Assembly: GCF_963510575.1 (NCBI RefSeq)
Contig: NZ_CAUPFR010000006.1
Location: forward strand, 3,119 to 27,118
Reading direction: 5' to 3'
DNA: 24,000 nucleotides
Origin: an uncultured Anaerococcus sp.
GTDB lineage: Bacteria > Bacillota > Clostridia > Tissierellales > Peptoniphilaceae
Of this stretch, positions 1 through 8,626 are shown piece after piece. The position numbers and the translations under genes were made by a program. The notes under the pieces were generated by a model. The model searched no databases. It was not told where the DNA came from and saw nothing but the letters and a program-made list of their open reading frames with translations. Every line of letters begins with the position of its first letter. Position 1 is the first letter of the stretch.

Positions 1-1
1 T

Positions 2-961
2 TTGGGAATTGCAACAAGCCGTGACCAAGCCATGCAAGGATCAGAACTAAATGATAAGACCCACGAGGAAATCAGGGAAATCGTCAAAACCAAGAGGATT
101 TTCGCCAGGGTTTCTCCAGAAAACAAGGTCCAACTTGTTAAGGCCCTAGAAGCCAATGACAATGTAGTAGCCATGACTGGTGACGGAGTAAATGACGCTC
201 CTGCTATCAAAAACGCTGACATAGGTGTGGCTATGGGTATTACAGGTACAGACGTTGCCAAAGACGCTTCAGATATGATTCTGGTTGACGATAACTTTGC
301 AACCATAGTAAATGCAGTTGAAGAAGGAAGAGTGATCTTTTCAAACATCAAAAAGTTTGTATCCTTCCTCCTATCATGTAACATTGCAGAAGTTTTGATA
401 GTTTTCCTATCAATTTTAATGGGACTTCCTAGTCCACTTACCCCAATCCAACTACTTTGGCTAAACCTAGTCACAGATGCCTTCCCAGCCCTAGCTTTAG
501 GTGTTGAACCAGCAGAGCCAGGCCTCATGGAAGAACCACCAAGGGACCCAAGAGAATCAATTATCTCTGGCGATATCAGAACAAATCTAATTAGCCAGTC
601 AATATTTATAACACTCGCAGTCCTTGCTTCTTATATAGTTGGCCTAAAATGGATTTTCCCTGACTCAATCGAAGGTGCCCACACAATGGTATTTGCAACC
701 CTAATCACATCAGAACTACTAAGAGCCTTCTCAGTAAGGAGCACAAAATACACCCTAAAGGAATTAGGATTTGGATCAAACCCACACCTAATCAAGGCGG
801 TAATCCTATCCTTTGCCCTACTATTAGTTGTAATGTACGTGCCAATTTTGACAAAACTCTTTGAAGTCGTATCCCTAACATGGGAATGGATTCCAGTTCT
901 AATCCTCGCTTCAATCCCACTTGTATTCGGGGAAATCAGCAAGACTATAAGAAGAAAATAA
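2..961 (+). CDS. P-type cation-transporting ATPase (Ca2+-ATPase-like), C-terminal part; 5' end outside window
   Basis: ORF is open at the window edge. It has the hinge motif 'MTGDGVNDAPAIKNADIGVAMG' (GDGxNDxP of P-type ATPases) followed by several hydrophobic TM segments. Confidence 0.85.
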   Translation: MGIATSRDQAMQGSELNDKTHEEIREIVKTKRIFARVSPENKVQLVKALEANDNVVAMTGDGVNDAPAIKNADIGVAMGITGTDVAKDASDMILVDDNFATIVNAVEEGRVIFSNIKKFVSFLLSCNIAEVLIVFLSILMGLPSPLTPIQLLWLNLVTDAFPALALGVEPAEPGLMEEPPRDPRESIISGDIRTNLISQSIFITLAVLASYIVGLKWIFPDSIEGAHTMVFATLITSELLRAFSVRSTKYTLKELGFGSNPHLIKAVILSFALLLVVMYVPILTKLFEVVSLTWEWIPVLILASIPLVFGEISKTIRRK

Positions 962-995
962 GCTAGAAAAAATTTAGAAAAGTAAAATAAAAAAA

Positions 996-1030
996 TTCCC
1001 AGAATCCAAAAGGACTCTGGGAATTTTTTT
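996..1030. terminator. Bidirectional rho-independent terminator between the convergent ATPase and chromate-transporter genes
   Basis: Stem TTCCCAGA (996-1003) pairs with TCTGGGAA (1016-1023). A-run upstream, T-run 1024-1030 downstream. Confidence 0.7.
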
Positions 1031-1077
1031 GCCTATTTTTATAAATTAGAAACCTTCCTTAAATATAACTTTATTAA

Positions 1078-1638
1078 TTACAAGCCCAAAACCACTCCAA
1101 TTCCTGCACCTGCTACTATTATCCAAAGAGGACTGAGCTTTTTGAATTTGAATAAAACCAGAGTAAAGACTGCAAAAAGGCCTATTGGGATTGGTCTTAA
1201 TAACAAAAGTAGCTCGCCTGTTTGGGCAAAGGTCTCTGTATCAAAAAGGGTAAGGACAAGGACTGTTGCCATAGCGCCAAGGATTAGGCCAGCTGTGGCT
1301 GGTCTTAAGGTGGTAAAGGCATCAGCAACTAATTTTGAATTTTTAAAGGCCAAAATCATCCTTGCTATTATGAGGATAATTATAATGGGACCTGTAACCA
1401 AGGCGAGTGTAGCGAGGATTCCCCCGATTGGACCGTAAGCCTTGATACCGGCATAGGTTGCCATATTTATACCTATAGCGCCTGGAGTCGACTCAGAAAC
1501 AGCAATCATATCCAAAAGCTCTTGGCTAGTGAAATATCCATATTTTTCTCCCATAGCTTGGAGGAAGGGGATAGTTGCCATACCACCTCCCACGGCAAAC
1601 AAACCTGCCTTGAAAAATTCCCACATCATCCTAAGCAT
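1078..1638 (-). CDS. chrA: Short-chain chromate ion transporter (CHR family), second half of a split pair
   Basis: 186 aa polytopic membrane protein. 'FKAGLFAVGGGMATIPFLQ' and 'STPGAIGINMATYAGI' match the CHR signature (FGGG...P, PGP/PGA). Its start overlaps the upstream gene's stop by 8 nt. Confidence 0.8.
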   Translation of the reverse strand: MLRMMWEFFKAGLFAVGGGMATIPFLQAMGEKYGYFTSQELLDMIAVSESTPGAIGINMATYAGIKAYGPIGGILATLALVTGPIIIILIIARMILAFKNSKLVADAFTTLRPATAGLILGAMATVLVLTLFDTETFAQTGELLLLLRPIPIGLFAVFTLVLFKFKKLSPLWIIVAGAGIGVVLGL

Positions 1639-2167
1639 TTCTAATCCTCCCTAAAATAATTCCTAAAAGCCCAACACCTATTACAATTATCACTGGCGAA
1701 ATTTTAAAAACTGCTATAGCTAAAAAAGTTAAGAAAAATACAGAAAATTTTCCAACTGTATTAGCATTTTTCTTTAGCATTTTTATGACCGAATACAAAA
1801 CCAAGGCACATACACCAATCCTAATGCCTGCAAAGGCGTGGCCTATAGCTGCTATGTGGGAAAAATTTTTCAAAAAACTAGATATGATAGTAATTATGAT
1901 AATAGATGGGGTTATAAAACCCAGACTTGCCACCACTCCTCCCATATTTTTTGCCAACTTGTAGCCACAAAAGGTCGCTGTATTTATGGCTATAATCCCA
2001 GGTGTGGATTGACCTATGGCGTAATAATCTAAAATCTCTTCACTAGTCGCCCACTTTTTCTTATCGACGACTTCTCTTTCGAGAATTGGGAGCATGGCGT
2101 AGCCTCCTCCAAAAGTCATTAAGCCGATTTTGACAAAAGTCGTATATAATTCCCATAAAATATTCAT
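1631..2167 (-). CDS. chrA: Short-chain chromate ion transporter (CHR family), first half of a split pair
   Basis: 'FVKIGLMTFGGGYAMLPILEREVVDKKKWAT...QSTPGIIAINTATFCGY' is the typical CHR domain. I chose the internal ATG at 2165-2167 (MNILWELY...) because it follows the RBS AGGGGAGA (2172-2179, minus strand). The 30-codon 5' extension in the ORF track has no RBS. Confidence 0.8.
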   Translation of the reverse strand: MNILWELYTTFVKIGLMTFGGGYAMLPILEREVVDKKKWATSEEILDYYAIGQSTPGIIAINTATFCGYKLAKNMGGVVASLGFITPSIIIITIISSFLKNFSHIAAIGHAFAGIRIGVCALVLYSVIKMLKKNANTVGKFSVFFLTFLAIAVFKISPVIIVIGVGLLGIILGRIRNA

Positions 2168-2342
2168 ACATCTCTCCCCTTCTAAGTTCTTTATAACTAT
2201 TATATAACAAAGTAAAAAATTAATAAAGCAAGGGCAGACAACCTTTTCCTCGAGCAATTATTTTCCATTCTTTAATCATAGTTACAAAAATAATACAAAA
2301 TAATCCTAGTTTTCCCAAATTAGCCAAGGATTTCCCGGATAA

Positions 2343-2359
2343 AGTAACAAATTCGTAAC
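2343..2359 (+). promoter_or_regulatory. Direct repeat AGTAAC-N5-CGTAAC, a candidate WalR-type (TGTWAH-N5-TGTWAH) response-regulator box
   Basis: Two GTAAC(A) hexamers start 11 bp apart (2343-2348, 2354-2359) and end 7 bp upstream of the -35 box. Each matches 5/6 of the WalR half-site consensus. Confidence 0.3.
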
Positions 2360-2366
2360 ATTTTTG

Positions 2367-2395
2367 TTGACAAATTAGTAAAATTGGGTTAGAAT
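2367..2395 (+). promoter_or_regulatory. Sigma-A type promoter of the glucosaminidase-like gene
   Basis: TTGACA (2367-2372), 17-nt spacer, TAGAAT (2390-2395). Lies about 30 nt upstream of RBS AAGGAGA and ATG 2425. Confidence 0.6.
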
Positions 2396-2424
2396 ATAAA
2401 ATGTCATAAAGAAAAGGAGATAAA

Positions 2425-3267
2425 ATGAAGAATTTTAAATATATATTAACCGGACTTTTTACTGTGTCGGCTTTGGCTATGGCAAGCCCATCCCTAGCAG
2501 CAGAAGAAGTTTCAAATGAAAATACAGAATCAGTTGAAAGCCAAGTTGTTGAGTACAAGGCTTTTGACCTCGATGAGACTTTGGGTCTTAAAAAAGGAGC
2601 TGACCTTCCTCACAAAAAGACTGAAATCAAACAAACTTCTTACAAGACAGCTAACAAGCTTGAAGCAAATAACGAAAATGCTCACCCAGACCGTGTTGCC
2701 ATCAAAGGCTCTAATAGGAATGCTACAGGTACAACTACAGAACCAGGCGCCCTTTCTTGGAGAAATTACAGACAAGGCGACCTCGCTAATTTTGACATAA
2801 GAACCAAAAACCCAGATCATATTAACGGTGCTTACATAGATAGGTTTCTAGAAAAGCGTGGCCACTATACTCCACTTAAGGGTTATGGAAATACCATCCT
2901 AAAGTTTTCAAACAAATATGGTATCAACGTAGGTATCTTTATGGGTCAAATCGCCAAGGAGACTACTTTTGGTATGAATGCTGGCGTTGGCAAATACAAT
3001 TTTGGTTGCATCCGTTATTACAAAAACGGTGTTGGTGGCAACTGGGCACCAGCCTACTCATCAAGAGGAGCTGCTTGGGTAAATCCACCTACAGTTGAAG
3101 ATGGAATCGAAGTTGTCTTTAAACTAATGAGAGAAGCCTATGCTAACAAGGGTTATACAACTTATAAAGCTTTTATAAACCGTTATTCACCAGCTTTTGA
3201 GAATAACCATAGGTCTTTTGAGCAACTCGCAGCTGGAACTATGAACGCCTTAAATATAGCATATTAA
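2425..3267 (+). CDS. Secreted protein with a C-terminal glucosaminidase/GH73-like (peptidoglycan hydrolase) domain
   Basis: Signal peptide MKNFKYILTGLFTVSALAMASPSLA|AE. 'YGINVGIFMGQIAKETTFG...YNFGCIRY' resembles the 'AQAxLESGWG...NNxFGIK' glucosaminidase-domain pattern, with the catalytic Glu retained. Strong RBS. Confidence 0.5.
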   Translation: MKNFKYILTGLFTVSALAMASPSLAAEEVSNENTESVESQVVEYKAFDLDETLGLKKGADLPHKKTEIKQTSYKTANKLEANNENAHPDRVAIKGSNRNATGTTTEPGALSWRNYRQGDLANFDIRTKNPDHINGAYIDRFLEKRGHYTPLKGYGNTILKFSNKYGINVGIFMGQIAKETTFGMNAGVGKYNFGCIRYYKNGVGGNWAPAYSSRGAAWVNPPTVEDGIEVVFKLMREAYANKGYTTYKAFINRYSPAFENNHRSFEQLAAGTMNALNIAY

Positions 3268-3272
3268 TAGGG

Positions 3273-3303
3273 AACAGTCTAATTTATTTAGGCTGTTTTT
3301 TTT
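3273..3303 (+). terminator. Rho-independent terminator
   Basis: AACAGTCT (3273-3280) pairs with AGGCTGTT (3290-3297), one G-U pair, followed by a T-run to 3303. Confidence 0.6.
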
Positions 3304-3373
3304 GACCTTTTCTTTGCCTTTGCCATAAAAATATTATAAAATATAAGTATAAATATAAAACAAGGAGAAATTT

Positions 3374-4342
3374 ATGAAAAAACTTTTATTGACCCTAGCT
3401 ATCAGCTTAAGCGTCATAGGCACTTCTTACGCAAGCGAAAGTAAGCCTATTATTTACTATGACGCCTTTGACCTAGACCTTAAGTGCGGGCTTAAGGCTA
3501 CAAATAAAATCACTTCAAAAGACGAAACTTCAACCCCTAAAAAAGAAAGCAAAAACTTCACCAAGGCTAAGATAGTATCTGTAATTGACGGTGATACTGT
3601 TACAGTAAAAGTAGGTTCTACAACAACCAACCTTAGGATGATTGGAGTTGACACACCAGAAACAGTCCACCCATCAAAACCTGTAGGATTTTTTGGCAAA
3701 GAAGCCTCTGATTTTACCAAGAAAAACCTCACGGGCAAGGTGGTTTACCTCGAAAAAGACGTTTCAGAAACAGATAGGTATGGTAGATCTCTTAGGTATA
3801 TTTGGCTTAGCCTACCAAAAGACCCAGCAAATCCAACCTACGAAGAAATAAGAGATAAGATGTTTAACGGCATCCTCCTCCGTGATGGCTACGGAAGTCT
3901 AGCCACCTTCCCACCAGATGTGAAATACCTTGACCAATTTAGGAAAATCGCCAAAACTGCCCAAGAAAAAGACCTTGGCCTCTACAACGAATCTGCAAGG
4001 GCAAATTTTGAAGCAAAGGCTCCTTCTAGTAAGGCTGAAAATATTACCCCAACCACAAAAAAATCAGAAAAACCAACCACAAGCAAGGTTAAAGCAAAAA
4101 AGACAGTTCGTCTTGGCAAGGGTGACCTCCCAATTGTAAACCAAAAAACTGCCAGAATCTCAAGCAAAAAAGGCACATATTTGGCAGATGTAACCAGGGG
4201 TCCAATAAAGGCAAATATGTCCTCAGGCAAATACCACCGACCAGGCCAACAAGGTTACAACAAAATAAGCGTAAACAATGTAACTTGGTTTTCAAGTGCC
4301 AAGGCAGCAGAAAAAGCCGGTTACAAACCTGCAAAAAGATAA
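3374..4342 (+). CDS. nuc: Secreted thermonuclease (staphylococcal nuclease/SNase domain) with a Lys/Thr/Ser-rich linker and a short C-terminal module
   Basis: Signal peptide MKKLLLTLAISLSVIGTSYA|SE. 'VIDGDTVTV...LRMIGVDTPETVHPSKPV..FGKEASDFTKKNL.GKVVYLE.D....DRYGR.LRYIW' is the canonical SNase core. Confidence 0.85.
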   Translation: MKKLLLTLAISLSVIGTSYASESKPIIYYDAFDLDLKCGLKATNKITSKDETSTPKKESKNFTKAKIVSVIDGDTVTVKVGSTTTNLRMIGVDTPETVHPSKPVGFFGKEASDFTKKNLTGKVVYLEKDVSETDRYGRSLRYIWLSLPKDPANPTYEEIRDKMFNGILLRDGYGSLATFPPDVKYLDQFRKIAKTAQEKDLGLYNESARANFEAKAPSSKAENITPTTKKSEKPTTSKVKAKKTVRLGKGDLPIVNQKTARISSKKGTYLADVTRGPIKANMSSGKYHRPGQQGYNKISVNNVTWFSSAKAAEKAGYKPAKR

Positions 4343-4357
4343 AAAGAAAGGTAGAGA

Positions 4358-5017
4358 ATGAAAAAACTAATATTTGATGTTGACGGGACAATTTTAGATT
4401 CTATGCACATTTGGATAAAACCACAAAATGAACTCTTCGCCAAATACGGATATAGCTTTACAGAACTCTCCAAAGAAGAAAAAGGCAAAATCGAAGCCCT
4501 TTCAATCGATGATATGTGCCACTATATAGCAAATGAAATCGCCACAGACATGACCTTTGAAGAGGTTATGAAATACTTTGAAGATGTAATTTACACTGGC
4601 TACAAGGACGAGCTTGGTCCCAAACCGGGCAACCTTGAAATCCTAAAAAAATTAAAAGATGCAGGCTTTTCCATGTCGGTAGCCTCATCTACCCCTTATA
4701 AATACTTGGAAATGGCCCTTAAAAGGCTGGGAATTTACGATTACTTTGATTTTTTTGCCACTCCTGAGCTTTTAGGTATGAAAAAATCTGAACCAGGCTA
4801 TTGGCAATACTCCATCAAAAAACACGGAGTAGACCCAGAAGCTTGCGTGCTTTTTGACGATGCCCTCTATGCCATAAAGGCCGCCAAAAAAGAAGGAATC
4901 ATCACCGTAGGCCTCAAAGACTTCCCATGGAATCAAAACGAATGGGACCATATCAAAGAAGAAGCAGACATGACCCTAGAAAAAATCTCCGGTATGGATA
5001 TAGAAAAATTTATGTAA
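4358..5017 (+). CDS. HAD-superfamily hydrolase (subfamily IA phosphatase / beta-phosphoglucomutase-like)
   Basis: Motif I 'FDVDGTILDS', motif II 'SVASST', motif IV 'LFDDALYAIKAAKKEG'. Starts 15 nt after the nuclease stop, so probably co-transcribed. Confidence 0.75.
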   Translation: MKKLIFDVDGTILDSMHIWIKPQNELFAKYGYSFTELSKEEKGKIEALSIDDMCHYIANEIATDMTFEEVMKYFEDVIYTGYKDELGPKPGNLEILKKLKDAGFSMSVASSTPYKYLEMALKRLGIYDYFDFFATPELLGMKKSEPGYWQYSIKKHGVDPEACVLFDDALYAIKAAKKEGIITVGLKDFPWNQNEWDHIKEEADMTLEKISGMDIEKFM

Positions 5018-5037
5018 TAATTTAGGACAAAAGAAGG

Positions 5038-5055
5038 CCCCCAAAATTTTGGGGG
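5038..5055. terminator. GC-rich palindrome, probable bidirectional terminator between the convergent HAD and larA genes
   Basis: Perfect palindrome CCCCCAAAATTTTGGGGG, followed by TCTCTTTG. No better hairpin lies downstream of larA. Confidence 0.45.
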
Positions 5056-5193
5056 TCTCTTTGTAAGTTAAACATATTTTAATTTGGAAATTTAAGAATA
5101 AATCATTTTTAAGGACAGGCTTGAGAAAAATCTATTTTCACTTTGTTTTAAAAAATATTTTCTATTAGTCTTAGCCTTTTTTTATTTTAATCC

Positions 5194-6471
5194 TTATTTT
5201 TTCTTATTTACAATTACAGATACACCATCTGGAACAAAGGCAACCTTAGCATCTTCGCCCTTGATTTCCTTAGCCATTCTTAAAGCTTCTTCTAGACTTT
5301 CAGCGTAGGTCATGTGCATATCTTCGATTAGTTGTCTATTTTCTGGATCAGTTACAAAGATAACTTTATGACGTACAAGGATTCTTGCAAGAATTTGGAT
5401 TTCCCATTGGTCAGCAATTGTTTCTTCCATTGGAATTTGGAGAATCCTATCTTCAACGTCCTTTGGTGTAGCAGCTTCCTTGAATGTTCTGTAGAAACTT
5501 TCTCCACCGTGACCATCATCACATCTAGAAACTTCAATGATTACACCATCATCAGCTACTGCTGCTTCTGCTGCTGTCATTGATTTTACTGATTGATATA
5601 CGTTTTGATCTAGTGGGTAACCACCGTTACTTGTTACAGCTATATCTGCATTTACACCCTCAACAGTTGATAGGCCTCTAACAAATTCAGTACCTTCAAA
5701 GTGAGCTTTTACCCTGTGACCTGCAAAGGCATTGATAATCTTCTTATCAGCGTCAATTACAACGTTTAGGATAAAGGCAAGTTTTGCTTGTTCAGCTGCA
5801 AATTCCATGTCCTTGTGGATTGGGTTTTCTACTAAGATACCTGTTCTTGAATAATCACTTGCTATGAATTTAGAGCAGTGGTTGGCAAGAACTGTTTTTT
5901 CGCTTGCTATACCTGGAAGAACTGATTTTCTACCACCAGAGAAACCTGCGAAAAAGTGTGGTTCAATAAAGCCTTCAGCTATTAATAAGTCAGCATTTAC
6001 AGCGTGCTTGTTTAGTAGAAGTCTTCCGCCTGATGGAAGGGTATCAAGCTCAACCATGTCTTCATCTACGCCAGATTTGTGGACAACGATATTTTCATTG
6101 TCAACGATTTCTTGACCGTATTTAGCAACTAATTCTTCATGGGTAGTTGGTCTGTGGAAACCTGTTGCAATAAGAATGGTAATCTCTGCATCTGGGTTTG
6201 TTGACCTAATTTCCTCTAGAAGGATTGGCATGGTTATAGCAGATGGTACTGGTCTTGTATGGTCAGATGAAATTATTGTAATGGTTTTCTTACCCTTTAC
6301 GAGTTCAGATAGTTTCTCTGTACCAATTGGATTAGCTAGAGCATCCCTAACGAGGTCTTCTTGGCTTTTTGCTGCCTTAAAATCATGCGCCTTGCTCTCA
6401 AGAACGGCTACATCATCGCCCACTTCTAGTTCAACGAATTCTTTGCCATAAGGCAATCTTACTTGTTTCAT
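5194..6471 (-). CDS. larA: LarA-family nickel-pincer-cofactor dependent 2-hydroxyacid racemase/epimerase (lactate racemase homolog)
   Basis: 425 aa. 'SSDHTRPVP', 'ATGFHRPTT', 'EPHFFAGFSGGRKSVLPG' (cofactor-tethering Lys context) and 'LANHC' match LarA N-terminal domain landmarks. RBS AAGGAGAG. Confidence 0.8.
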   Translation of the reverse strand: MKQVRLPYGKEFVELEVGDDVAVLESKAHDFKAAKSQEDLVRDALANPIGTEKLSELVKGKKTITIISSDHTRPVPSAITMPILLEEIRSTNPDAEITILIATGFHRPTTHEELVAKYGQEIVDNENIVVHKSGVDEDMVELDTLPSGGRLLLNKHAVNADLLIAEGFIEPHFFAGFSGGRKSVLPGIASEKTVLANHCSKFIASDYSRTGILVENPIHKDMEFAAEQAKLAFILNVVIDADKKIINAFAGHRVKAHFEGTEFVRGLSTVEGVNADIAVTSNGGYPLDQNVYQSVKSMTAAEAAVADDGVIIEVSRCDDGHGGESFYRTFKEAATPKDVEDRILQIPMEETIADQWEIQILARILVRHKVIFVTDPENRQLIEDMHMTYAESLEEALRMAKEIKGEDAKVAFVPDGVSVIVNKKK

Positions 6472-6502
6472 ATTTACTCTCCTTTTCTTCTCTCTCTTAT
6501 AT

Positions 6503-6530
6503 TTTATAGTATATTCTTAATTATTGCAAA
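6503..6530 (-). promoter_or_regulatory. Possible larA promoter
   Basis: On the minus strand: TTTGCA (6525-6530), 16-nt spacer, TATAAA (6503-6508). Confidence 0.3.
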
Positions 6531-6545
6531 CACTTTCATAAATAA

Positions 6546-6567
6546 AAACTCTTCCGAAGAAGAGTTT
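6546..6567 (-). terminator. Rho-independent terminator of the MATE gene
   Basis: AAACTCTTC (6546-6554) pairs with GAAGAGTTT (6559-6567) around a 4-nt loop. T-rich tail on the minus strand. Overlaps the stop codon by 2 nt. Confidence 0.6.
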
Positions 6568-7909
6568 ATCCTTGCATATATTTTTTTATCTTCCTATAAA
6601 TAAGTGTCATTGCCACAATCCCCTTCATAATAGAAGTAGAACTCATCGCAATCCACACCCCGTAGACGCCAACAAAAGGCATCAAAACAAGGGCTATAGG
6701 TATCCTCAAGAGATTGTTGATCACGCCAAGGGCAGCAGGAGTCTTTGTATCGCTCATCCCATTAAAACAGCCAGCCAAACCTATCTCAATCGCCATAAAG
6801 CCTTGGGAAAGACCCAGGATAAAGAGATAATTTGCCCCAAGTTTTATGGCCTCTTCGCTCTCTGGAGTAAAAAGCTCAAAAAGTTTGTGCCTAAAAATAA
6901 TCAAAACCAAAGTCGCAATAATACCGATAAGGGCTACTAGCCTAAAGGCTTCCTTAATAGACTCCTTGACCCTCTTTTTATTCTCAGCCCCAAAATTTTG
7001 GGCAACAAGGGCTTGGATACCAACCTGGATACCCTCAGTAGTATTCCAAGAAATCGACTCAAGTTGACTTCCTATAGCGCAAACAGCAACAGGTGTTGGA
7101 CCGAAAGCTGACATAAACCTATTCAAAACCATAGAAATTGACGCATGGAAACCTGATAATAAAGCCGCAGGCAAACCAAGCTTAAAAATTTCTAGCTGCC
7201 AATTTTCCCTATAATCAATATAAGAAATAGCAGACTTAATAATCCCGTCCTTAGAAATCACAAGCAAAAAGTAAAGCAAAACAACTATAAATTGGCTAAT
7301 AATCGTAGCCAGAGCTGCTCCTTTTGCCCCCATATGTGGAAAAGGACCAAGACCGAAAATTAAAACCGGGTCTAAAACCATATTGAAAAAAAGACCCACA
7401 GCATTAATCACAAAAGGCGTAAAAGAATCCCCAAGAGATGTAAAAGACTGGGTAAACATAGGCCCTAGGAAAAAGAAAATCATCCCCAAACTTACCACAA
7501 AGAAATAATCCTTGGCAGCCATTTCAGCCTCATGGCCCAAATTATAAAATTCTATAAAAACATTTTTTACAATAAGGCAAAAGGTTGTAAAAAACAAACC
7601 GATGACAATAGCCTGGATAAAACCATTATTAATAATCATCACCGTTTCCTTCTCATTTTGCGAACCAAAAGCCTGGGAAGCATAAACTCCCATGCCAACC
7701 TTAGGTATAAGGACAAGGGAATTGCCTATCCAAAAAATAAAACCAGCTATCCCAACCCCTGCCATAGCCTTGGTGCCCAACCTTGCAATCCAAATAGTAT
7801 CAACAAAGCCATAGGCAATCTGGATAAAGGCTGTAAGGGCCAAAGGAAAAGACAGCTTCAAAAGCGTGCTCCTAATATTTCCATGCAATAAATCTATTTT
7901 CCTATTCAT
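6566..7909 (-). CDS. MATE family efflux transporter
   Basis: 447 aa with about 12 TM segments. The N-terminus 'LLKLSFPLALTAFIQIAYGFVDTIWIARLG' is the typical MatE repeat signature. Confidence 0.85.
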   Translation of the reverse strand: MNRKIDLLHGNIRSTLLKLSFPLALTAFIQIAYGFVDTIWIARLGTKAMAGVGIAGFIFWIGNSLVLIPKVGMGVYASQAFGSQNEKETVMIINNGFIQAIVIGLFFTTFCLIVKNVFIEFYNLGHEAEMAAKDYFFVVSLGMIFFFLGPMFTQSFTSLGDSFTPFVINAVGLFFNMVLDPVLIFGLGPFPHMGAKGAALATIISQFIVVLLYFLLVISKDGIIKSAISYIDYRENWQLEIFKLGLPAALLSGFHASISMVLNRFMSAFGPTPVAVCAIGSQLESISWNTTEGIQVGIQALVAQNFGAENKKRVKESIKEAFRLVALIGIIATLVLIIFRHKLFELFTPESEEAIKLGANYLFILGLSQGFMAIEIGLAGCFNGMSDTKTPAALGVINNLLRIPIALVLMPFVGVYGVWIAMSSTSIMKGIVAMTLIYRKIKKYMQG

Positions 7910-7994
7910 AAAGACTCCTATATAAGTTATAACCTTATTATTCTACTAATATTTTACGAATTGTCATTTAATTTATCAAAAGTATATTGAATAT

Positions 7995-8597
7995 ATGAAA
8001 AACTACGAAAACCTAAAAGCAGGCAAACTATTTAAGACAGACGCCTACCTAGTTGAAAGGCTCACAGCCTGCTGGGAAAAATTAGTAAAATTGAACATGA
8101 CCATAGACAGAAAAGAAAGAAAGGAAATCTGCCAAGAACTCTTTGGATCCTTCGGCAAATCAACAGTCCTTTCACCCTTCAGATGTGACTATGGGGACAA
8201 TATCCACATAGGAGATGGGTCTTTTATAAACTTCAACGTCTCCATGGTAGATTTGGGAAAAATAGAAATAGGAAATAGGGTCCTCATAGGCCCTGGGACA
8301 GGCATCTTCACAGCCATCCACCCCACAGACCCAGAAATAAGAGCCACAGGCATAGAAAAAGGAGCAGATATAAAACTAGAAGATGATGTCTGGATAGGAG
8401 GCAACGTAACAATCCTCCCGGCAGTTACAATCGGCAAAGGCTCTATAATCGGAGCAGGCTCAGTTGTAACCAAAGATATACCTGAAATGTCAATCGCTGT
8501 AGGAAACCCTGCCAAGGTCGTAAGGGAAATAACAGAAGAAGACAAAATTTATTGGCAAGGTGAATACGAAAAATATTTAGGAGAAATGGAAAAATAA
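7995..8597 (+). CDS. maa: Sugar O-acetyltransferase (maltose/galactoside acetyltransferase family, left-handed beta-helix)
   Basis: 200 aa. Hexapeptide repeats ('IGNRVLIGPG', 'VWIGGNVTILPAVTIGKGSIIGAGSVV') plus the Maa/LacA N-terminal region ('FRCDYGDNIHIGDGSFINFN'). Confidence 0.8.
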   Translation: MKNYENLKAGKLFKTDAYLVERLTACWEKLVKLNMTIDRKERKEICQELFGSFGKSTVLSPFRCDYGDNIHIGDGSFINFNVSMVDLGKIEIGNRVLIGPGTGIFTAIHPTDPEIRATGIEKGADIKLEDDVWIGGNVTILPAVTIGKGSIIGAGSVVTKDIPEMSIAVGNPAKVVREITEEDKIYWQGEYEKYLGEMEK

Positions 8598-8626
8598 ATT
8601 TTAAATCTTAAATCTTTGCAAAAAAA

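Noticed and set aside
1078-2167. Split chromate transporter as a pseudogene (a disrupted full-length chrA)
   Set aside because: Paired short-chain CHR genes with overlapping stop and start are a known functional arrangement, for example B. subtilis ywrA/ywrB. Both ORFs are intact with complete CHR domains.
2220-2558. 112-aa minus-strand ORF spanning the chrA / glucosaminidase intergenic region
   Set aside because: It runs across the strong plus-strand promoter and into the 5' end of the 2425 gene. It has no RBS and no recognisable domain.
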